The position numbers and the translations under genes are program-made. A DNA stretch of 64,000 bases from a virus (lineage: Duplodnaviria > Heunggongvirae > Uroviricota > Caudoviricetes), in the IMG/VR virus record IMGVR_UViG_3300047554_000375; one strand, given 5' to 3'. Under the pieces are notes generated by a model that saw only the letters and a program-made list of their open reading frames with translations, had not been told where the DNA came from and did not search any database. Positions 55,783 through 64,000 of this stretch are shown in pieces. Numbering within the stretch: position 1 is the first letter of the stretch; each line of letters opens with the position of its first letter.

Positions 55783-58556
55783 TGCAAGAAGTTCTAACAT
55801 CTAAACTGGTAAGAAATCAATTACCTGGTTTTGTTCGTGACGATTATCCAATATTCGTCACATTTTTGGAAAAATACTATGAGTGGCTGGAAACAAACAA
55901 TCAAGTTTCCTATGAGTTGGATGCACTTCAAAAATCCATAGACATTGATACTGCCGATGATTACTACATTGAGCAAATCAGAAAAGATTTAACACCATAT
56001 TTTCCAACAGAGATTGCTGGCGACAAACCACTATTTCTGAAACTGATTCACGAATTCTACAAAACTAGTGGTACACAAGATTCTGTAAAGTTCCTCTTCA
56101 AGGCATTATATAATGAAGATATTGACATTTACTATCCTAAGGAAGATGTTCTAAAAACATCGGATGGTAAATGGGTTCTACCACTCGCTTTGAGAATTGA
56201 TACGGACGATGAAAACATTTATAATATTGAAAAATGTGTATTGACTGGTCAAACATCAAAATCTACAGCCCTAGTTGAAAAAGTTATTCGCTCAGTGGAT
56301 AGACAGTTGGGTATTGTCTATATTGAAGTTTATGTATCCAATGTCCAGAGATTGTTTGAAACAGGTGAAACTGTTTCTGCAACATACAATAATGGTGTAA
56401 CTGATATTACCGTTTCTGGTCGTTTGATTGGTGCATTATCTGAAATCAAAATTGATCCACAAAATAGAGGACTATATTACAATGAATATGATCCGACAAC
56501 TGGTTATCTTGGTGATCCTGTAACTATTGTTGGTGGTTTAAATCCTAGTTCTAATACACCAATTGGCGCTATTGCATATGTTGGTGAAACTACAAAAGGT
56601 GGTGTAACTGATGTTGTGGTTATGAATGGTGGGTTTGGTTTTAGAAGTCCAACAGAATTTGCAAATTCATCTATTTTTCGCTTTATCGGTGGCTTTGATA
56701 ATGCTCCACTTGGAACTGAAGCCACTGCAAAAATTGATTTGTTGGACAAAACAAATTATCGTGTAGTAAATGTTTCCAGCACATTGATTGAATCTATATT
56801 TGATGATATGATTGATTCAATGAATGCTAATACCATTTTACAGATTACCGATACACAATCATTAAATTTGTATTCGATAGCATCAGTATCTTTGTTGGGT
56901 CAAGGTGGTGGATATAGAACTAAACCCACAACAGATGTTTATAGTCTTTATCTGGAAGATGAACAAGATGTACTTGTTTTGACTTCCGCTAATATTTTAA
57001 AAGACACAGATTATATAACAAGTTCTTCACAAGATTTGACACTCTCATTTGAAGTTGGTGACTTGGCTAGAATTTCTTTAAGAAATAGATTTGAAGCAAC
57101 TCGTGTTGTTACGGAAGTAACATCAAGTCGTGTTACATTTAACCAATCTTTCTCAAATGATATCACTGGCATTTCTTTATATAAAGTCATGCGCCGAGAT
57201 TTAAAAAAATTGGGTTCTTTGGGTAGAATAGCGATTGATAATCCTGGCGACAATTATGCTGTAGGTGAATATTTGGTATTCACTGGTGGAAGTGGATATG
57301 GTGCTAATGCAAAAATTACGGAAGTTCATGCGAACAACGGTATCAAAAAAGTGGAGTTTCAAGACACTGGTGACTATGTTATTGGAGGAGAGGCTTATAC
57401 CACAGATTCTTTACCAACAATTACCATAAACACAGTTTCTGGTGCTAATGCAGTATTGCACATTAGAGAGATTAATGGTGATGGCGAATCATTCGATTTG
57501 TCCACATCTAGAGTCGGTTCAATATCGAAACTTAGGGTTTATAGTTATGGCTACGATTACACGGACGCTCCTATCATCTCTTTAAGAAACGCAGACTTGA
57601 CTGTTTCTAATGTGACTTCCGGACAATTGTTCGTTTCTAATACTACTGTCTATCAGGGCACATCAAACACAAATACGACCTTTAGTGCAAAGGTGGACTC
57701 ATTTGTACCTTCAACAGGATTTTTGAGATTGTTTGATTACAAAGGAACATTAGATAAAACAAAACTCCTAATCTCTGATGATGGAGTGACTTCGGCTAAT
57801 GTTGTGACTGAATTGTATTATGGTGATGGAAGAGCGAAAGCGAATGCCAAATTTGAGAATGGTCTAATTCGTTATCCTGGACTATACTTGAATACTGATG
57901 GTCAGATTAGTGCTGACAAGAAATTACAGGACGGAAGTAAATATCACAATTTCTCATATATTATCAAAACGACCACAGATTATTCTAGATTCAAAAAGCC
58001 TCTGGAAGATATCGTACATCCAATTGGAACAAAAACTTTTGTTGTTCGTATTGATGATATTACCGAAAATGTGTCTTATCGTGATGACTTAGTTTTATTG
58101 TCATTTGATACTATGGAAGACACTTTCAATATTGCAACTGGACCAAGCAGAATCATATCAACAAATGTTTCGGCTGATTTGGCGAATACAGTTAATATTG
58201 GCGATACAATTATATTGAGTGGCGTAACTAGACAGATATCGAATACTGTAAATGTTGTTTCTGGTTCAAACATTATTTTTGGACATGCCAACAGCGTCAA
58301 CTTCATAAATGACCTACAGCAAGGAGATGTTATCCATATTTCCACAGGAAATACAGTTAGCGTGACCGAAGTCATAAACTCAAATTTTGCGTATGTCAGT
58401 TCGAATATTAATGTGACTTCCACATCCGCAACTATAAATGTTGTTTTTGATGAGGCTATCATCGCAAATACTGTAACTTCGAATACCATAACAACAAGAC
58501 TTGTTGTTAGAGGTACTGGTTCATATTTGTCGGCAAACATTGGAAAAATTAGATAA
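55782..58556 (+). CDS. large baseplate wedge protein (gp7-like?)
   Basis: 924 aa, ATGA overlap. Confidence 0.8.
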   Translation: MQEVLTSKLVRNQLPGFVRDDYPIFVTFLEKYYEWLETNNQVSYELDALQKSIDIDTADDYYIEQIRKDLTPYFPTEIAGDKPLFLKLIHEFYKTSGTQDSVKFLFKALYNEDIDIYYPKEDVLKTSDGKWVLPLALRIDTDDENIYNIEKCVLTGQTSKSTALVEKVIRSVDRQLGIVYIEVYVSNVQRLFETGETVSATYNNGVTDITVSGRLIGALSEIKIDPQNRGLYYNEYDPTTGYLGDPVTIVGGLNPSSNTPIGAIAYVGETTKGGVTDVVVMNGGFGFRSPTEFANSSIFRFIGGFDNAPLGTEATAKIDLLDKTNYRVVNVSSTLIESIFDDMIDSMNANTILQITDTQSLNLYSIASVSLLGQGGGYRTKPTTDVYSLYLEDEQDVLVLTSANILKDTDYITSSSQDLTLSFEVGDLARISLRNRFEATRVVTEVTSSRVTFNQSFSNDITGISLYKVMRRDLKKLGSLGRIAIDNPGDNYAVGEYLVFTGGSGYGANAKITEVHANNGIKKVEFQDTGDYVIGGEAYTTDSLPTITINTVSGANAVLHIREINGDGESFDLSTSRVGSISKLRVYSYGYDYTDAPIISLRNADLTVSNVTSGQLFVSNTTVYQGTSNTNTTFSAKVDSFVPSTGFLRLFDYKGTLDKTKLLISDDGVTSANVVTELYYGDGRAKANAKFENGLIRYPGLYLNTDGQISADKKLQDGSKYHNFSYIIKTTTDYSRFKKPLEDIVHPIGTKTFVVRIDDITENVSYRDDLVLLSFDTMEDTFNIATGPSRIISTNVSADLANTVNIGDTIILSGVTRQISNTVNVVSGSNIIFGHANSVNFINDLQQGDVIHISTGNTVSVTEVINSNFAYVSSNINVTSTSATINVVFDEAIIANTVTSNTITTRLVVRGTGSYLSANIGKIR

Positions 58557-58564
58557 ATACAAAC

Positions 58565-59893
58565 ATGGCTGCTATACTAACGAAAAACCTAAAAATTTTA
58601 ATGGCAAAACAAATCTACAACTTGTTAGATTTGGGAGCAAATTCATATTTGCCGGAAGCAAGAAAATCATACATCTATGCTTTTATGGGCAGAAATATTG
58701 CATGGAATTCTGGTACTGAAATTGTACCTTTTCCTATAGATAATGATGCGATTGTGAGTGAGTATTTCCGAAGAGGAACATTCGCAAAACAAGTTTCATT
58801 GGAAAACTCATCTTTGGTTGTAGATAGAATTAATTGGGCGGCAAACACGGTATATAATACATATGAATCGCCTTCAAATTTTTATGTCCTGAATACCAGA
58901 GACCAAGTATTCAAATGTTTGTCGAATGTTGCCACAGGAACTGCGTCCACGAATGAACCAGAATTGACACTTTCGACAACCTCCCTTGAAGAGCCATATG
59001 TTGAAACATCCGATGGATACAAGTGGAAATATATGTACACATTAACATCCGCTCAAAAGCAGAAATTTTTGAGTAATGATTGGATGCCAGTGACATACAA
59101 TAAATTTGTTAGGGCCGCTGCCGTGGGTGGTTCAATTGATATCGTGAACATTATCAATTCTGGTAATAATTATATTGATGGAACCACACAAGAAATTATT
59201 TCGATATCTGGCGATGGCTCTGGAGCAGTTCTAAAAGCAAACGTTTCTGGCGGACAAATACACGATATTGTAATTCAGAATAGAGGTCAAAACTACACCT
59301 ATGCTGATTTAACTATAACTGATGTTGCTGGTGGTGTTGGAACTGGAGCGAATGTAACAGTTTCTATTTCGCCTAGCGAAGGTCATGGATACGATCCTGT
59401 ATATGAATTGGGTGCAACAACTATCATGTTCAACGTTGAGTTTGATAGGGATGAGGGTGGCAGTCTACCAACAGATAACGAATTCCGCGAAGTGATTTTA
59501 CTCCAGAATCCTAAAGATTCGGCAACAGGTGCCAGTGCGAATGGCGCAAGTTACACGCTTTACACCAGAGTGAAAGTTTCTCCCGGTGTGGGCGATTTTA
59601 ATAATGATGAGATTGTATATCAGGGAGCAACATACGAAGAAAGAACTTTTAGTGCTGAAGTTATTTCGTTTGATGAAGTTCAGAATCTTTTGTATTTGAA
59701 TAATGTTCGTGGAACAATTCAATCTAATCAAGCAATTAAAGGATACAACACAGGTTCTATTCGTGTTGTTAATTCACTTACCAGTCCAACATTAGATTTG
59801 TACTCTGGAAAAATCTTATACATATCTGATAATTTACCAATAACAAGAGATCCATCTCAAACGGAAAGACTCCGTTTCATCTTGAGTTTTTAA
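58565..59893 (+). CDS. baseplate/tail structural protein
   Basis: ORF track; ATAAATA box upstream. Confidence 0.8.
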   Translation: MAAILTKNLKILMAKQIYNLLDLGANSYLPEARKSYIYAFMGRNIAWNSGTEIVPFPIDNDAIVSEYFRRGTFAKQVSLENSSLVVDRINWAANTVYNTYESPSNFYVLNTRDQVFKCLSNVATGTASTNEPELTLSTTSLEEPYVETSDGYKWKYMYTLTSAQKQKFLSNDWMPVTYNKFVRAAAVGGSIDIVNIINSGNNYIDGTTQEIISISGDGSGAVLKANVSGGQIHDIVIQNRGQNYTYADLTITDVAGGVGTGANVTVSISPSEGHGYDPVYELGATTIMFNVEFDRDEGGSLPTDNEFREVILLQNPKDSATGASANGASYTLYTRVKVSPGVGDFNNDEIVYQGATYEERTFSAEVISFDEVQNLLYLNNVRGTIQSNQAIKGYNTGSIRVVNSLTSPTLDLYSGKILYISDNLPITRDPSQTERLRFILSF

Positions 59894-59903
59894 CGAGAAA
59901 TAA

Positions 59904-62900
59904 ATGACAACTCTATTCAATTACGATCCATACTACGATGACTTTGATGAAGATAAAAACTTCATGCGTGTTTTGTTCCGTCCAGGATATTCAGTCCAAG
60001 CACGTGAATTAACACAGTTGCAAACAATTTTGTCGAATCAGATTGAAAAATTTGGCAATCATATTTTTAAAAGCGGTAGCCCTATCGTGGGCGGTAAGAT
60101 TTCTTTAGATAGAAAAGCAAACTATATTGTACTGGAAAGTCAATATAATAATAATGATATTGTAGTTTCCGATTTTCTAGGAAAGATAATTCAATCATAC
60201 AATTCTACAAAGAATGTTCGTGCTAAAGTTATTGCTGTTGATACTACTACAGCGAATCCAGTTTTGGTTGTAAAATATTTGAGTGGTGAAGTTTTTGCTG
60301 AATCTGATGAAATTAAAATCAGAGGTCAAAATATTTTTGCACAATTGAAAGCCACTGATGCTGTTGGTGGTTCTTTCGTTGCAAGTCTTCAAGAGGGTGT
60401 GTATTACTTCAAAGGACAATTTGTAAAAGTTGTTCCACAGTTTTTAGTTGTTGAATTGTTCTATCGTGTGGGTTATGGTTCATCAACCGTTCACACCAAG
60501 CCTTCTTACAAAATTGGTATCGAATTCACAGAACAAATACTTGACGAAATTGACGATACATCATTACTTGATCCTGCACAAGATGCATTTAACTATCAAG
60601 CGCCTGGCGCAAATCGTTTCCAAATTCAGACTACTCTTTCTAAAAGAGCATTAGATTCTACAGATACTTCATCATTCTTTGAAATTATTCGTATCGTTGA
60701 TGATGTGAAAACAAAAGAAATTGATTATGCTATCTACAGCGAAATTGAAAAGACTTTGGCCCGCCGCACATATGATGAATCTGGTAATTACACAATTGAT
60801 CCTTTCGTAATTTCACTGGAAGAAGGTGATTCTGCAAACGGCAAATTCAATGTTGTTTTGGATCCAGGTAAAGCATATGTTGGTGGATATGAGTTTGAAA
60901 CCATTGCTCCAACCACTATTGAAGTTGATAGAGCAAGAGAAGTATCTAATGTTTCGGATTATGATTTGCCAACAAACTATGAGAGTTCCGTTGTTTTGGA
61001 TTCCGTTCGTGGTACTTTGGATATCACAACTTTCCCTTCACTAGACATTCATTGTGTTCCACATGCAAGTATTAACTTGTCTAGTTCAACAACATATAAC
61101 GCAACAAAGATTGGTACTATTCGTACCGACATGATTCGTTATAACGATTCGACTGATAATACAGATGGAACAACACATTCATTCACAGTCAACACATTCG
61201 ATGCAAATACATCACCAGTAACAGGCACTGTTCCAACTGGTTCAACAACAACCGTTATCAAGTTGCCTGCTGGATTCCCGAATAGCATTGGCGCAAATGC
61301 ATTCGCCAACATGTATTTCCGAATCACATCCGGTTCATTATCAAGTGATACACCTAGACTGATTACATCATCCGATGCTACTGCAAACACTATTACTCTA
61401 TCGACAGCACTTTCAATGATTCCGAGTGTATCGAATGGCAACTCTTTCTCAATCGAATCTGATTTCCGTAATGCAGAATCTCTTGTTTCTAGCGATGGAA
61501 CATTCATTGCTTTTGGTGGTAATATCAATTCTGATTCCAGAGAAACACCTACAGGTTTTGCATACATTAATGAACCTAAGCGTTCAAGTTTAGTGTTCAA
61601 TACACCATACGAAGCAATTAAAGGTTCTTCAATCAGTAATATGGATTTGTATGCTAGAAAGCCATATTACAACAGAACCACAAATCCATCTGGAACAATC
61701 ACAATCAACGCTGGTGGTACAGATACATTTGCATTCGCTGGTACTCCTGGAGTTATTTCCGACTCACAAATTTTGAACAACATTATCTGTTTTGTTCGCA
61801 GTGGTACATCTAGCAATACACAATATGGTATTGCAGCCAACACAGTTTTGAGTTTGGCTAACAACAACTTTACTGTTACCGCAGTATCATCAACACAGTT
61901 TACGGTTAACTTGGTTGTTCCAAACGTTAATGTTGACTTCTTGATTACCACAAAAGTTAATAACGCTGAGAACGGTTCTACAGGTTCTACTCGTGGTAAA
62001 CAATTAATTCCTCTAACATCTGGTGCAAACTTACACGCTAAGGTGCCATTTGAAATGGGTGGCGCAAACACACTAGAAGCAGCCAATACAACTGGCGCAG
62101 TCACTACATTCAGCGGCGGTTCAATCTTCACAAGTGTTGGTGCAACAAACTTTGACGGTGCATCAATTCTAACTGATTTGAGAACACCAGGTAAACCAGT
62201 AAGTTTACAAGTTCCTGATGTTTATGAGATTGTTGGAATCTATGATTCTAAAAACTCAACATCGAATGTGACTACCGCTATGCTAACTACAGCATATGAT
62301 ATCACAGACAACTACGAATTCGATAACGGTTGCCGTAAGACACATTATGACCATGCAACAATCAAATTGAAGCGTGGCTATTCTGCTCCAACAGGTCGTG
62401 TATTTGTACAATACAAATATCTAAGTCATATTTCTGCCCCAGCAGGTAGCGGTGATGGTTTATTCACAGTTGATTCATATTTACAAACTGGTTCAAACTT
62501 CACATATGCCGAAATTTCTAATTTTGTTAATGCGGAAGAAGGAACTATAAACTCATTGCGTGGTTCGTTCGACTTTAGACCAACACGTGCTATCGGTGGT
62601 TCAACACTATCTGGTGCTTTGAATCCAGAACCACTTGAACAGATTACTATGGATTATGATTACTACTTGTCACGAATTGACCAAGTGGTTGTAAAGTCAT
62701 CTAAAGAATTTGCTATAATTAAGGGTAAGTCTGCAATATCTCCTCTTGCTCCTCCAGTCAAGCAAGAAGACATGCTGATTTACACACTATCAATTCCAGC
62801 ATATACAGAATCTATTAAAGATGTTCGTGCTGATTTCAAGAATCATCGCCGTTATACAATGGAAGATATCCAGGCATTTGATGATAGAATCAGAGGTCTG

Positions 62901-64000
62901 GAGTATTATGTTTCTTTGAGCACACTAGAAAAAGATGCCGCTTCTACAAAAGTTTTGGACAACAATGGTCTTGAGCGTAGTAAGTATGGTATTCTTGTTG
63001 ACAACTTCACTTCAACAACAAATCAAGCGACAGTAAATGATGTTGGAAATGATAATCGCAACTTGATTGATTCTGGTAGACTATATCCAGCATCGTTGAT
63101 GAAAACTGTTGGCTTGAAGGCAAACACAACATCATCATCTGGTTCAGCGACAATCGTTGGTACTGGAACTAAAAAAGCGATGATGGTTTCATATACACAA
63201 TCAACATTTGCATCACAGCCATACGCAACAAAATCTTTACCGATTGCTAACGCATTGTTTGCAGGTTTCAAAGGCACAACAAAACTATTCCCAGAATTTA
63301 CTGGAGATGTTGACAGTAGCGTTACTGCTAAAGTCACATTGAATTCTACAGAGGGATTTGAAAACGCATTCAACTTTATCAATAGTGCGTTTAAATATGT
63401 TTCCGATAAGAATCAAAATTGGGCTGATGATAAAAATAGTCCTTTCGCTAAAATTGCTGACAGTAAGTGGTACAAAACACTCCGTCAGACCGACAAAAAT
63501 TCTGCTAAAGTGAATCATTTTGGTGGAAGAACTTATGGTATGGTGGCACCAATTAATGATAACACATACTTGTCCGCCGGTGCTGAATTGCAACAAAAAC
63601 AAATTTCAACATCAACATCACAAGTTGATGTAGGTTCATTTGTTACAGATTTGGCAATTCAACCATACATGAAGTCTAAGCAAGTATTGTTTGCTTCACA
63701 GGGTTTGCGTCCATCGACAGTCATGTATTCTTTCTTCGATGACACAAATGTAAACAAGTATGTTGTTGTTCCTAACAGAGTTACATTAAATACCAATACA
63801 ACTTTGGTGACTGGTGAATCTGTTTTGATTGCAAATACGATTGCTGATTTGGCAGCAAACTTGACAAGTTTGATTACTGGTGGTACATCATATTCACCAG
63901 CATTCGTTGTTGTCAGCGAAGTTGGTTCAGCAAATGTTTCCCTAATTAACGAAACAGGTAAATCACTATCAGGTAAATATGTTTATGGTCTAGATAGCGG
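59904..64000 (+). CDS. large virion structural protein (tail fibre/baseplate-associated), 3' end outside the window
   Basis: reading frame is open from ATG 59904 to the end of the window (>1365 codons); AAATAAATG context; Ser/Thr/Asn-rich. Confidence 0.8.
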   Translation, partial: MTTLFNYDPYYDDFDEDKNFMRVLFRPGYSVQARELTQLQTILSNQIEKFGNHIFKSGSPIVGGKISLDRKANYIVLESQYNNNDIVVSDFLGKIIQSYNSTKNVRAKVIAVDTTTANPVLVVKYLSGEVFAESDEIKIRGQNIFAQLKATDAVGGSFVASLQEGVYYFKGQFVKVVPQFLVVELFYRVGYGSSTVHTKPSYKIGIEFTEQILDEIDDTSLLDPAQDAFNYQAPGANRFQIQTTLSKRALDSTDTSSFFEIIRIVDDVKTKEIDYAIYSEIEKTLARRTYDESGNYTIDPFVISLEEGDSANGKFNVVLDPGKAYVGGYEFETIAPTTIEVDRAREVSNVSDYDLPTNYESSVVLDSVRGTLDITTFPSLDIHCVPHASINLSSSTTYNATKIGTIRTDMIRYNDSTDNTDGTTHSFTVNTFDANTSPVTGTVPTGSTTTVIKLPAGFPNSIGANAFANMYFRITSGSLSSDTPRLITSSDATANTITLSTALSMIPSVSNGNSFSIESDFRNAESLVSSDGTFIAFGGNINSDSRETPTGFAYINEPKRSSLVFNTPYEAIKGSSISNMDLYARKPYYNRTTNPSGTITINAGGTDTFAFAGTPGVISDSQILNNIICFVRSGTSSNTQYGIAANTVLSLANNNFTVTAVSSTQFTVNLVVPNVNVDFLITTKVNNAENGSTGSTRGKQLIPLTSGANLHAKVPFEMGGANTLEAANTTGAVTTFSGGSIFTSVGATNFDGASILTDLRTPGKPVSLQVPDVYEIVGIYDSKNSTSNVTTAMLTTAYDITDNYEFDNGCRKTHYDHATIKLKRGYSAPTGRVFVQYKYLSHISAPAGSGDGLFTVDSYLQTGSNFTYAEISNFVNAEEGTINSLRGSFDFRPTRAIGGSTLSGALNPEPLEQITMDYDYYLSRIDQVVVKSSKEFAIIKGKSAISPLAPPVKQEDMLIYTLSIPAYTESIKDVRADFKNHRRYTMEDIQAFDDRIRGLEYYVSLSTLEKDAASTKVLDNNGLERSKYGILVDNFTSTTNQATVNDVGNDNRNLIDSGRLYPASLMKTVGLKANTTSSSGSATIVGTGTKKAMMVSYTQSTFASQPYATKSLPIANALFAGFKGTTKLFPEFTGDVDSSVTAKVTLNSTEGFENAFNFINSAFKYVSDKNQNWADDKNSPFAKIADSKWYKTLRQTDKNSAKVNHFGGRTYGMVAPINDNTYLSAGAELQQKQISTSTSQVDVGSFVTDLAIQPYMKSKQVLFASQGLRPSTVMYSFFDDTNVNKYVVVPNRVTLNTNTTLVTGESVLIANTIADLAANLTSLITGGTSYSPAFVVVSEVGSANVSLINETGKSLSGKYVYGLDS

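Overview
This window reads as a slice of a large lytic T4-like myovirus (inference; no host sequence is present). Evidence for the T4-like identity: a gp32-type ssDNA-binding protein, a T4 RNase H-type 5'-3' exonuclease, and baseplate proteins (gp25-like, gp6-like, gp5-like OB-fold spike, tube-fold protein, gp4-like). Dozens of consensus sigma70-type early promoters (TTGACA-N16/17-TATAAT) are present. T4-type late promoter motifs (TATAAATA and variants) sit upstream of structural genes. The layout is as follows. (1) 1-8.7 kb: densely packed small early genes on the + strand, many tiny membrane proteins with ATGA-overlapping starts, plus an SPFH/band-7 protein and a 2OG-oxygenase-like protein. 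(2) 8.8-14.8 kb: a tRNA island with about 27 tRNA genes and 2-3 degenerate tRNA-like elements. It is interrupted by an HNH homing-endonuclease gene, a ~900-nt ORF-free promoter-driven structured region, and repeated short sequence motifs. It includes three paralogous short-variable-arm tRNAs carrying leucine anticodons. (3) 15-28.6 kb: replication and accessory genes (metallophosphoesterase, DD-carboxypeptidase, RNase H, GT2 glycosyltransferase, GalE-like epimerase, ClpP-like protease, PhoH, PD-(D/E)xK-like nuclease). (4) 28.6-37.5 kb: an unusual enzyme cluster behind its own promoter. It contains a flavin-dependent halogenase, three PP-loop ATPases (two clear paralogs), a Rieske oxygenase-like protein, a radical SAM enzyme, and a secreted Bug/TctC-like binding protein. 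(5) 37.45-37.79 kb: a circularly permuted two-piece tmRNA gene with tag reading frame ANDEKFALAA, embedded in the phage genome. (6) 38-42.6 kb: SleB-type endolysin, AAA+ ATPase, HAD nucleotidase, gp32. (7) 42.6-64 kb: virion baseplate/tail module. A divergent minus-strand block (gp4-like, tube-fold protein, 563-aa glycine-zipper/lysozyme-like protein) faces a plus-strand block (gp27-like?, gp5-like spike, spike tip, gp25-like, gp6-like, a 924-aa protein, a 442-aa protein, and a >1365-aa structural protein running off the window). All functional calls rest on motif recognition by eye. Nothing was searched against any database.
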